In this document: piece after piece, positions 45,076 through 54,344 of the stretch
How the letters are laid out: every line of letters begins with the position of its first letter
How positions within the stretch are numbered: the stretch's first letter is position 1
Assembly (NCBI GenBank): GCA_963783385.1
Contig: CAWANJ010000009.1
Span: forward strand, 704,001 to 768,000
DNA from: an uncultured Gemmatimonadales bacterium
Lineage (GTDB): Bacteria > Gemmatimonadota > Gemmatimonadetes > Palauibacterales > Palauibacteraceae
Reading direction: 5' to 3'
Length of the DNA stretch: 64,000 nt
Translations under genes and position numbers: made by a program
Notes under the pieces: generated by a model
The model's database searches: none
What the model saw: the letters and a program-made list of their open reading frames with translations, nothing else
What the model was told of the DNA's origin: nothing

Positions 45076-46410
45076 GCCCGGCCCGCGAGACCTTCGGGTC
45101 CCGGCTCGGGATGCTGGCCACCATGATCGGGGTGGCCGTGGGGCTCGGGAACGTGTGGCGCTTCCCGTACATGGTGGGGCGCTACGGCGGGGCGGCGTTC
45201 GTGCTCCTCTACGTGGTGCTGGCCGCGGCCGTGGGCGTGCCGGGGCTGATGGCCGAGTGGTCGCTGGGGCGGGCCACGCGGCGCGGGCCGCTGGGGGCGT
45301 TCGAGCGGGCCGGACTCCCGGGCGGACGCGTTCGTCGGCTGGCTCCTGTTCCTGGTCGTCCTCACCGCGCTCGGCTACTACACGAACGCCATCGGGTGGG
45401 TGGCCTGCTACGCCCTCGGCCAGCTCCTCGTCCCCCTGGGGCGGCCTCTGGACCCCTCCGCCATTCTCCCGCCCGCTTCCGGCTTCTCCGGCCGGGCCTT
45501 CGCGCTGCAGCTCACCTTCACGGCCCTCCTCCTCCTGGCCCAGGGCGCGGTGATCCGGAAGGGGCTCCGGGCCGGGATCGAGAAGGCGAGCCGGGTGCTG
45601 ACGCCCCTCGTGTTCGTTTCCCTGCTCGTCCTCCTCGTCCGCTCCCTCACCCTGCCGGGCGCGGGGGCCGGCGCTGCGCTGGTACCTGGCCTTCCACCCC
45701 TCGCGACGTGACCCCGTCCGTGCTGGTGGCGGCGCTGGGCCAGGTGGTGTTCTCGCTGGCGCTGGGCGGCACGATGATGGTCGTGTACGGCTCCTACCTG
45801 GCCGAGGGGGAGGCGCTCAAGGGCGACGCCATCCTCACGGTGGTGGGCGACACGGCGGCCGGCTTCCTGGCGGGTCTCGCCATCTTCCCGGCCGTGTTCG
45901 CGTTCGGTCTCGAGCCCGGCAGCGGCCCCGGCCTCCTGTTCGCCACCCTGCCCCGCGTCTTCGCCCACATCCCGGCCGGCTGGGCCTTCGGCGTCCTGTT
46001 CTTCGGGGCCTCGCTGGGCGCCGCCTTCCTGTCGGGCATCGCCGCCTTCGAGGTGCTGGCCGCCGGCCTCGGCGACGCCCTCGGGATGCCGCGGCGGAAG
46101 GCCGTGAACCTCCTCCTGGGGCTGCTGCCTCCTGCTCGCCCTGCCGCCCATGGTGAACCTGAAGGTCTTCGTCCCCTGGGACCTCACCTTCGGCTCGGGC
46201 GGGCAGACGGTGGGCGCGCTGCTCGCGGCCATCACCGTGGGCTGGGCCCTCCGCCGCGGCGCCCTGCTCGAGCAGATCGGCGGCGACCACCCGGGCCGGC
46301 TGGACCGCTTCCTGGTCGCCTGGCTACGCTGGGTGCTGCCCGCGGCCATCCTGACGGCGGGAGCGTGGTGGGTGGCGTCGGACGTGCTGGGGGTGGCGGG
46401 AGGGGCGTAG
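45072..46410 (+). CDS. Sodium-dependent transporter (NSS/SNF family), four +1 frameshifts
   Basis: AVGLGNVWRFPY, GIEKASR, GQVVFSL and GPGLLF. Shifts near 45330, 45673, 45700 and 46125. Span is 1335+4 nt. Confidence 0.88.
46294..46397 (+). repeat. Direct repeat, left copy (3' end of the NSS transporter gene)
   Basis: 104 nt with 3 mismatches to 50245..50348; weaker similarity extends about 40 nt upstream. Confidence 0.95.
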
Positions 46411-46456
46411 TCGACCGCGCATCGGCATGGCCTCCGGGTGCGGAGCCGGCACCACG

Positions 46457-47648
46457 CTAGCCACTCGATCCTGGCGTGACGATCCGAGGCTTCAGAATCT
46501 CGGCTCGGGTGTCCCCCGCGCGGGTTTCTGACATGCGGTACAGGAGCAGACCGTCGCCGCAGACGGGAGCGACGACCGCATCGAATCAATGCCGCGCCAT
46601 CACGCGGACTCGGGACCCATGGCTGACGTCCAGGACCTCGACCACCGTGTCGAATGTCCGACGGGTCCAGGCGGGTGAGCTGAAGTGGAGCGAGTCGGGA
46701 CTCCAGTGCGCATCAGGTACCACCGAAAACGTCCAGAGCCGGCGGTCGGTGCCCTCCGTCAGGTGCTCGAGGTACACGAGCGGAGGCAAATCCGTGTACA
46801 TCCTCTCCAGCCGGCCCGGCGTGACCTCCTGACGGTCGGGAAACCAGGCCGCATGGCGTGCGTAGCTTCCCTCGACCTCACCCGCATCGCTCCAGTGGTA
46901 GATCTCGTATCTCCACACGCTGGCGGTCCAGAGGTCACCGTGGCGCCCGCCCGCGACGGTCCACCAGTCGAGATCGCCGAACTGGTGGTTGTGAGTTCCG
47001 AATTGTGCTATCCGGGTCCCGGCATCGTCGAGCACACGGAACAGCGGCCGCTCGTTGTCAGACGCCGCCGGTTCGGTCGTGAGGAGCCATCGACCCCCAC
47101 CGAGACGGCTCCATCCGCTCCCACCGCCGGGCAGTCGAAAGGAACCCAGAAACCGGCCTTCTGCCGTGACTGTGACGGCTCGCTGATTGAACCGGTCGAA
47201 CACTTCGAGCGTATCTCCGTGCATGACCGTGAGGCCGAGCTGATTGCCGAACTCTGTGGGCCCCTGCCCTGGGCGACCCACCGCCCTCAGCCACATACCG
47301 TCGCTGCCGTAGACCGCCAGCTGACCGCCCCCGACAAGATCACCGACCACGAAATCCCCGCTCACCAAATGTGCGATCGAGCACAGAGTTCCGAGGGGCG
47401 CATCAGCGGAGATCGAGGCAGGATCGTTCGCCCCTCCGAGCCGGGCGATCACCTGGATCTCGAGAATGGCATGTTGGACAGTTCGAGTCTGCGGCGATTG
47501 AGCTCTGTGACACATTTTCGTTACTTCGGTGCCGTGGACGCGATCCGGTGGCGGAGCAGGCCGCGAGAACGGCGACCAGCATCGTGAGGAGGGGGCCTCC
47601 TCTCGACGGCGTCCAGCGACGGTTTCGTGTAGGAACCTCACGGCGCAA
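46457..47648 (-). pseudogene. 6-bladed beta-propeller lipoprotein with a frameshift (~47466) and an in-frame TGA (46586-46588)
   Basis: Lipobox LAAC and CPTC in ORF 47403..48008, then GRPGQGPTEF and DTVVEVLD in ORF 46586..47656. The frame continues 42 codons past the TGA to a TAG at 46457. Start uncertain. Confidence 0.7.
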
Positions 47649-47827
47649 ATCAGCACACTCAGTTAGCGCCTGGTGAGACTCATCCTCCATGGCGCAGGCC
47701 ATGAAGCGAGTTACCGTGGACCGGTCTGAACATAGACGCCGGCAGTATCCGAGCACTGCAGTCGCCCGAGATACGGACGGACTGCCCAGAGCCGCTCCCA
47801 GACCGGGCTGCACCGTGCCATGCGGTT

Positions 47828-48508
47828 CTATCCGGCCCCATGCTTCTGAAGAGCCTGGCGAACATCCTCGACCAACATGGACTCCGCGGGCAGTCCCGTC
47901 TCGACAATGCGTCCGATAACGAACGTCGGCGTTCCTCGAACTCCCAACCTTCTGCCCGCCTGCATGTCCCTCTCCACGCGGGGCATCGGCGCTGCATCTC
48001 TTAGGCACTCCATGAACCGTTCCGAGTCGAGCACGCCGGCTCTACGGGACAGTTCCACCCAGTTCAGGAGTCCGAGCGAGTCTTGCTTGGAGTACGCTAC
48101 GTGAAGGAACGCCGCAAATCGGCCCTCGTCTGCAGCGCATTCCGACGCCACAGCCGCTTCGAGTGCCTGCGGGTGAACCTCTGACAGGGGATAGTGCCTG
48201 AATCTCACTGCCACGTGTCCGCCGAACACGGTGGTCACAGAATCCAGGAGCCCTTCGGCCCGCGCACAATACGGGCATTCCATGTCTGCGAACTCCACGA
48301 CGTGAACACGGGCCGTCTTGGATCCGATGACGTGCCCCCCATTATCGAGTTCCACTGCAAGTTTCCGGTCAATCGTACGGACGGGGGAGCGTGAGGTCTC
48401 GATCGGTTGCGTACTCAATTCACGTCGAACTACGAGGGCCGTGACGGTCACTGCGCAGCCTGCAAGAACCCCGAGCGCCGCATTCTGAAAAAGATCGGAT
48501 GCCTTCAC
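47828..48508 (-). CDS. DsbA/BdbD-type thiol-disulfide oxidoreductase, membrane-anchored
   Basis: N-terminal TM segment, EFADMECPYC active site, FRHYPL, a second Cys pair (ECAA/MECL) and the GTPT cis-Pro loop. Confidence 0.92.
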   Translation of the reverse strand: MKASDLFQNAALGVLAGCAVTVTALVVRRELSTQPIETSRSPVRTIDRKLAVELDNGGHVIGSKTARVHVVEFADMECPYCARAEGLLDSVTTVFGGHVAVRFRHYPLSEVHPQALEAAVASECAADEGRFAAFLHVAYSKQDSLGLLNWVELSRRAGVLDSERFMECLRDAAPMPRVERDMQAGRRLGVRGTPTFVIGRIVETGLPAESMLVEDVRQALQKHGAG

Positions 48509-48636
48509 GATCCAATTTCATCCGGGGGCTCAAGCGTAGTGTCCAGACTTCACCTTCAGATCTGCCAAAGGACCTGATGCCGGATCCCTTTGCACCTTGC
48601 CTGGGGTGCGCCCGCTGCGTTGGAGGTAGCAAGACC

Positions 48637-48855
48637 TCAGAAACACTGACCAGGCATGGGTGACCCGGGGCCAGCTGAGCACTTAGAACACACGGGGTCC
48701 GGACTGCAGTCAGAATTCGAATGGCAGGCCTGGTCGCAGACCAGTGAATTCGTCCTGGTCGAATTCGAATTGGCATACGCCGGTGTTGAAATGTATACCG
48801 CGCCACCGAAGGTCACAATGGCTGCGATCAACCCAGCGATGAGTCGCTTGTTCAT
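48637..48855 (-). CDS. Secreted 6-Cys peptide (72-aa precursor, ~44-aa mature), knottin-like
   Basis: AGGAG SD; Sec signal MNKRLIAGLIAAIVTFGGAVYISTPAYA; mature part NSNSTRTNSLVCDQACHSNSDCSPDPVCSKCSAGPGSPMPGQCF. Confidence 0.85.
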   Translation of the reverse strand: MNKRLIAGLIAAIVTFGGAVYISTPAYANSNSTRTNSLVCDQACHSNSDCSPDPVCSKCSAGPGSPMPGQCF

Positions 48856-48895
48856 GACCTTCTCCTGGCTACGGTGGACTACCACCTCTAGTATT

Positions 48896-48925
48896 ATTTT
48901 AAAAGATCGTTCGACGCCGTGTCAA
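48896..48925 (-). promoter_or_regulatory. Near-consensus sigma70 promoter for the peptide gene
   Basis: TTGACA-N18-TAAAAT, 40 nt upstream of the peptide ATG. Confidence 0.7.
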
Positions 48926-49132
48926 GAATTCAGGGCCAGGACCTTCCCCAGAGACTCCATCTCAGATTCTGTAACCCGTTGATGATCAGTCGCTTGTAGG
49001 CATCTGCGAGTGAAACGGGCCCGCTCGAGCGGAGAATGGGGAACCTTCGTGCAGATGAAAGCGGGCCCCCACTCGCACAAGTTGTTGGTGTCCATCGGCA
49101 AGGAAGCCGACCACCTGGCGAGGGGGACCCGG

Positions 49133-50192
49133 ATGGAGAGTGCGCGGCTCGCGGGGAAGGTGCAAGGTCAGATCCTGCGATTCTCGGGGAAACTTTCGGC
49201 CGGGCTGCCCAGAGATGGCCCGCCGGGCGGTGGGGGAGATCCTCTACGGGATGCAGGCCCGCGGCTCGGTTCGCCTTTCGGAGATCGGACGGGCCCTGGA
49301 GGAAGAGACGGTCCTGAAGACGGTGATCGAGCGGCTGGGCCGACAGCTCGGATGGCCCGAGCTTCGGCGCCGGGTGCGGGAGAACCTCCTGGCCCTCGGG
49401 ACGCCGAAGGTAGGCGAGCAAACGCTGCTGGTCACCGACCTGACCGACATCAGCAAGGCCTACGCTCAGAAGATGGAGCACCTGGCCAGGGTGTACGACG
49501 GCCGGGCGGACGAGATCACCGACGGCTACGAGTGCGTGGAGGTGCTGGCGGCCGAGGCGGGTTCGCCCGACGTGGTGCCCCTGTATCAGGAGCTCTACAG
49601 TTCGGAGGCGCCGGAGTTTGTGAGCGAGAACCGGAAGGTGCTCAAGGCGGTGCGGGCGGTGAGCCGCGCCACCGAGGGCCGGGGGATCTGGGTGATCGAC
49701 CGGGGCGGAGACCGCCGGAACATCACCCCGCGGCTGGAGCGAGGCCAGGACTTTCTGATCCGGCTCTAGGGCCGGCGGCACCTCGAGTGGAGGCGCTCGG
49801 CTCTGAGCGCCCGGGAGCTGGCGACCCGCACACGCCGCCCTTTCGAGGAGACGGTCGTCAAGGAAGAGGGCGCCGAGGAGAGAGCCTATGTCCTGCGCTT
49901 CGGCTCCACCCCGGTGCGCTTTCCCGGCTCGGCGCGCCGACTCTGGCTGGTCGTCGTGGACGGACGGGGAGCGAAGCCGCTTCTGCTGCTGACCACCCTG
50001 CCCGCCGGCCGGTCCAGGAGGCGCACCTGGCGGATCGTCCAGAGCTACTTGACCCGCTGGCGGGTGGAGGAGACGATCCGCTTCCTCAAGCAGAGCTACG
50101 ACGTGGAGGACATCCGGCGGCTCAAGTACGACCGGCTCCGGGCCATGGCCACGCTCGTGATGGCCGCCGGTCACTTCGCCACCTTCGGCTAG
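49133..50192 (+). pseudogene. DDE transposase (IS4-like) remnant
   Basis: SVRLSEIGRAL, LVTDLTDISK, WVIDRGGD and YLTRWRVEETIRFLK motifs. Frameshift near 49210, in-frame TAG at 49767, 3' end truncated. The IS left end is probably near 48931 (CAGGGCCAGG). Confidence 0.85.
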
Positions 50193-50244
50193 GGCGGACA
50201 GACCGCCGGCGGCCCTCCTGCGCCAGCTCGGGGGCGGGGCCCCC

Positions 50245-50348
50245 GGCCGGCTGGACCGCTTCCTGGTCGCCTGGCTGCGCTGGGTGCTGCCCGCGGCCAT
50301 CCTGGCGGCGGGGGCGTGGTGGGTGGCGTCGGACGTGCTGGGGGTGGC
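50245..50348 (+). repeat. Direct repeat, right copy (orphan 3' fragment of the NSS gene, ending at TAG 50358)
   Basis: Translates as GRLDRFLVAWLRWVLPAAILAAGAWWVASDVLGVAGA*, matching the transporter C-terminus. Confidence 0.95.
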
Positions 50349-50433
50349 CGGCGCCTAGACTCGACGGGTCCGGCGGCGGAGACTCGCGGCCGCGCCGCTG
50401 GCGACCGGTGGCCAAAATGAAAGGAGACGGACC

Positions 50434-51066
50434 GTGCATCGATCCCTCTACGTCCCGCTGGCGCTCGTCACCCTGGCCTGGGCCCCGGGTACGCCGGGGT
50501 CCGGGAGCGCCGGCGTGAGTCCCTCCTCCGCCCCGCTGGCCGCGGATTCGGTGGTCGTGTTCGTCGTGCGACACGCGGAGAAGGTCGAGGACGGCTCGCA
50601 GGACCCGCCCCTCACCGCGGCCGGCCGCGCCCGCACGGCCCTGCTGGCGCGGATGCTGAGCGACGTCGCCCTGACCGGGGCCTACGCCACCGACTACCGC
50701 CGCGCGCGGGCCACGGCCGAGCCCGCGGCCCGCGCGGCCGGCCTCGAGGTCCGGCTCTACGACCCCGCGAAGCCGGAAGCCCTGGCGGCCCGGCTCCGAG
50801 CCCGCGCCGGGCGCTACCTCGTGGTCGGGCACAGCAACACGGTGCCGGGCCTGGTGCGCGCCCTGGGCGGGGATCCCGGACCGGACCTGTCCGAGGCCGC
50901 GTACGACCGGCTCTACGTCGTGCTGATCGGACCCGGGGGCGTCACCACGCTGCGGCTGCGCTACGGGGCGGAGTCGGGAGGAGGCACCATGGGGGCAGCC
51001 AATGCGTCCGGCAGCGGGCCCGGACAGGAGGCAGAGTCGGACGGCGTGAAGGCCGTCACCCTTTGA
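50434..51066 (+). CDS. Exported histidine phosphatase family protein
   Basis: Signal peptide; VRHAEK, LTAAG and VVGHSNT. Confidence 0.88.
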   Translation: MHRSLYVPLALVTLAWAPGTPGSGSAGVSPSSAPLAADSVVVFVVRHAEKVEDGSQDPPLTAAGRARTALLARMLSDVALTGAYATDYRRARATAEPAARAAGLEVRLYDPAKPEALAARLRARAGRYLVVGHSNTVPGLVRALGGDPGPDLSEAAYDRLYVVLIGPGGVTTLRLRYGAESGGGTMGAANASGSGPGQEAESDGVKAVTL

Positions 51067-51172
51067 CGATCGAGCGCATCCTCGGTCCGGCCCACGATCC
51101 GGTCCGCTCCAATGGCCACGTGCCCGAGGGTGGTACCGGATCCCTCGACCCAGCCCGCGTCCGAGCCGTCTT

Positions 51173-52222
51173 CTAGCCTCTCCCCACCGGCGTCAGCGGC
51201 GGGCGCCCCTTGAGCACCCGGCGCACGTTGGCGGCGGCCACCTCCCACATGGCCCGCCTCGCCTCCCGGGTGGCGCTCCCCAGGTGCGGGAGGACGAAAG
51301 CGTTGGGGAGCTCGCGGAGCGCCGCCGGGACCTCGGGCTCCTCCGGGTAGACGTCGATCCCGGCGGCCGCCAGCCGCCCCGCTCGCAGCGCCTCCACCAG
51401 CGCCCCGGTGTCCACGATCTCCCCGCGCGCCGTGTTCACGAGCACCGCGCCCTCGGGGAGCCGGCTCAGGGCCTCCGCGCCCAGGAGCCCTTCCGTGTCG
51501 TCCGTGAGCGGCAGGTGGATGGAGAGGATGTCGGAGGCCGCGAGCGCCTCCTCGAGGCTCGCGGCCCGGCGCGCGCCGACCTCGTGCTCCAACGCCTCGT
51601 TCCGGGAGCGGCTCCAGTACACGACGTGCATCCCGAAGCCGGGGGCCCGCCGCGCCACGGCCGAGCCAATGCGGCCGGCCCCCAGGATCCCGAGCGTCTT
51701 CTCTCCGAGGCCCATGCCGAGGAGCTGGTCGGGCTCCCACCCCTCCCAGGCACCCGACCTCGCCAGCTCCAGCCCCTCGCGGAGACGCCGGGCCGCGGCC
51801 AGGAGCAGCGCCCATGTCAGGTCGGCGGTGGCGTCGGTGAGGACGTCGGGCGTGTTGGTGACGACCACCCCGCGCTCCGCGGCCGCCTCGACGTCCACGT
51901 TGTCGTGGCCCACCGCGTAGTTGGCGACGATCCGCAGGTTGGGCAGGCCGTCCATCTCCCCGGCGCCCACCGGCCGCGACAGGAGCGGCACCAGCGCCTC
52001 GACGGCGTCCGCCTCCGGGCCGGACGACGGCAGGGGCTGGTCGGCCGCCACGAAGCGGGACTCGCGGCCGCCCGGCCACGCGGGGCTCTCGCCGCACAGC
52101 GGGACGAGCTCGCGGGCCACGAGCACGATGCCCCGCGGGTCGCCGCCGTGCGCGCCGCCTCCGGTCCGCGCCTCGCCGCCCGATCTCGAGCGGCGTCCGG
52201 CGTCCGTGCGCGCGTCCACCAC
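51173..52222 (-). CDS. D-glycerate dehydrogenase / glyoxylate reductase
   Basis: AVGHDNVD, NTPDVLT, GAGRIG, VNTARG and PHLGSAT; start uncertain. Confidence 0.92.
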   Translation of the reverse strand: MVDARTDAGRRSRSGGEARTGGGAHGGDPRGIVLVARELVPLCGESPAWPGGRESRFVAADQPLPSSGPEADAVEALVPLLSRPVGAGEMDGLPNLRIVANYAVGHDNVDVEAAAERGVVVTNTPDVLTDATADLTWALLLAAARRLREGLELARSGAWEGWEPDQLLGMGLGEKTLGILGAGRIGSAVARRAPGFGMHVVYWSRSRNEALEHEVGARRAASLEEALAASDILSIHLPLTDDTEGLLGAEALSRLPEGAVLVNTARGEIVDTGALVEALRAGRLAAAGIDVYPEEPEVPAALRELPNAFVLPHLGSATREARRAMWEVAAANVRRVLKGRPPLTPVGRG

Positions 52223-52226
52223 GCTC

Positions 52227-52703
52227 CTAGCGCCTCTCCCGGAAGAAGGCGCGCAGGAGCTCGGCGGCCTCTTCGGCCAGCACGCCCTCGGTCACCTCGA
52301 CCCGGTGGTTGAGGCGTGGGTCCTGGACCAGGTTCTCGAGCGACCCGCACATGCCCGCCTTGGGATCCCGGGTAGCGAACACGAGGCGGGGCACCCGGGC
52401 GAGCACGATGGCGCCGGCGCACATGGCGCACGGCTCCAGGGTCACGTACAGGGTGTGGTCCAGGAGGCGCCAGTCGCCCAGCGTCCGGGCGCCCTCGCGC
52501 AGGACGGTCATCTCGGCGTGCGCGGTAGGGTCGGCCGCCTCGCGGGTGCGGTTGTGCGCCTCGGCCACCAGCCCCTCCGGGCCGACCAGGACGGCCCCGA
52601 CGGGGACCTCCTCGCGCCCGGCCGCGAGCCGCGCCTGCGCCAGGGCGCGCTCCATCCAGCGCTCGTCAGCCGCACCCGTCGGAGCCCCCTCGCCCGCCGT
52701 CAC
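52227..52703 (-). CDS. tadA: tRNA adenosine(34) deaminase
   Basis: EVPVGAV, TAHAE, TLEPCAMC and FFRERR; overlaps the gltX stop. Confidence 0.95.
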   Translation of the reverse strand: MTAGEGAPTGAADERWMERALAQARLAAGREEVPVGAVLVGPEGLVAEAHNRTREAADPTAHAEMTVLREGARTLGDWRLLDHTLYVTLEPCAMCAGAIVLARVPRLVFATRDPKAGMCGSLENLVQDPRLNHRVEVTEGVLAEEAAELLRAFFRERR

Positions 52704-54166
52704 GCGGTCCCCCTCACCCCGCCGCCGCCCGCCTCCGCGCGCAGGTAGTCGAGCGCGGCGTCGACGCGGGCCAGCGCGCGCTCCCGGCCCATGAGGGCGA
52801 GGGTGATGAAGATGCCGGGCCCGACGCCGACCCCCATGAGCGCCACCCGCAGCGGGTGGATGACCTTGCCGGCCCCCTCCCCGCGCGCCTCGGCCAGGCC
52901 GCGGACGGTCTCCTCGAGCGGCTCGGGCTCGAACGCGTCCGCATCCATCCCTTCGAACAGGCCCCGTACCGCCTCCAGACGCTCGGCCGAAGCGGCCGGG
53001 TCCTTCCAGAAGCGCTTCACCGCCGCCTCGTCGTAGGTCAGCTCGGAGGCGAAGAAGGGCGCCGCCTGGCGGGCCAGCTCCCCCAGGGTCCGGGCCCGGT
53101 CGCGCACCACCGCGAGCACGGCGAGGAACCGCTCCCCGTCCTCCGCCAGCTCCGCGGCCGGGATCCCCGCCTCCTCGAGCCGCGGCTCCACCAGCTGGGC
53201 CAGCCGCTCCGGCGCGGCCCGCGTCATGTGCTGGCCGTTCAGCCACAGGAGCTTGTCGGGGTCGAACACGCCGCTCTTCCGAAGGATGCGGTCCAGGGAG
53301 AAGGCCTCGACCAACTCCTCCCGGGTCATGACCTCGCGGTCGTCCCCGGGCGACCAGCCCAGGAGGGCCAGGAAGTTCACCATCGCCTCGGGCAGGATGC
53401 CCTCGTCCCGGTAGGCCTCCACGGACGTGGCCCCGTGGCGCTTGGAGAGCCGCTTCCCGTCCGGGCCCAGGATCATGGGGACGTGCGCGAAGGCGGGCAG
53501 CTCGGCCCCCAGCGCCCGGTACAGGAGGATCTGCTTGGGGGTGTTGGACAGGTGGTCGTCGCCGCGGATGACGTGCGTGACGCGCATGTCGATGTCGTCG
53601 GAGACCACGGCCATGTTGTACACGGGCGTGCCGTCCCGGCGCAGGAGGATGAAGTCCTCCAGGCTGTCGTTCGGGAAGGCGGTGTGGCCGTGGACCGCGT
53701 CCTCCCAGGCGGTCTCGCCGGCGGGCACGCGGAAGCGGACCGCGTACGCCTCGCCCTCCTCCGCTCGCCGGGCGGCCTCGTCGGGGTCCAGCTCCCGGCA
53801 GCGCCCCGGACAGCCGCCCACGGCGTGGGCGCTCTTCCCGCCCTCGGCCGGCTCGCAGAAACAGCGGTAGGCCGCACCCGACCCGAGGATCCGCTCCACG
53901 TCGGCGCGGTGCCGCTCCAGCCCGTCGGCCTGGTGGAAGGGCCCCTCGTCCAGGTCGAGCTCCAGCCACGCCATCGCCGCCAGGATGGCCTCCGTCATCG
54001 CGTCGCTGGAGCGCTCGCGGTCGGTGTCCTCGATCCTGAGGATGAAGGCACCGCCCTCGCGGCGGGCGAACAGCCAGTTGAAGAGCGCCGTGCGCGCTCC
54101 CCCCACGTGCAGGTAGCCGGTGGGGCTCGGGGCGAAGCGGACGCGCGGAGTGGAGCTTTCGGTCAT
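52700..54166 (-). CDS. gltX: Glutamate--tRNA ligase
   Basis: RFAPSPTG, HVGG, RIEDTD and LSKRHG. Confidence 0.97.
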   Translation of the reverse strand: MTESSTPRVRFAPSPTGYLHVGGARTALFNWLFARREGGAFILRIEDTDRERSSDAMTEAILAAMAWLELDLDEGPFHQADGLERHRADVERILGSGAAYRCFCEPAEGGKSAHAVGGCPGRCRELDPDEAARRAEEGEAYAVRFRVPAGETAWEDAVHGHTAFPNDSLEDFILLRRDGTPVYNMAVVSDDIDMRVTHVIRGDDHLSNTPKQILLYRALGAELPAFAHVPMILGPDGKRLSKRHGATSVEAYRDEGILPEAMVNFLALLGWSPGDDREVMTREELVEAFSLDRILRKSGVFDPDKLLWLNGQHMTRAAPERLAQLVEPRLEEAGIPAAELAEDGERFLAVLAVVRDRARTLGELARQAAPFFASELTYDEAAVKRFWKDPAASAERLEAVRGLFEGMDADAFEPEPLEETVRGLAEARGEGAGKVIHPLRVALMGVGVGPGIFITLALMGRERALARVDAALDYLRAEAGGGGVRGTA

Positions 54167-54344
54167 GGAGACTCGGTCCTCCCGTGAGAATGACTGGTCA
54201 GGGGATCGGCGTCCGGGCGATACGCACGATCCGTGCGGCTCTCATCTTGCGCGTCTCGCCGGCGGCTCGCCACCATGCGTCGGGCCGTCCCGTCCGTCCG
54301 CCGGCCGCGCGGACGGGAAAGTGCGCAGAGCCAGGGAGGACCGC

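Larger units (their letters stand above)
46411..50200. mobile_element. Small genomic island (peptide, DsbA, beta-propeller, IS remnant)
   Basis: Bounded by the direct repeat; visibly more A/T at third codon positions over 46.4-49.1 kb; contains a transposase remnant. Confidence 0.8.

Noticed and set aside
46685-47587. 300-aa plus-strand ORF inside the island
   Set aside because: Antisense to the propeller gene, which carries the recognisable motifs.
48637-48855. Peptide as a radical-SAM (ranthipeptide/SCIFF) or lanthipeptide precursor
   Set aside because: It has a Sec signal rather than a leader peptide, and the neighbour is DsbA, with no rSAM or Lan enzyme in the window.
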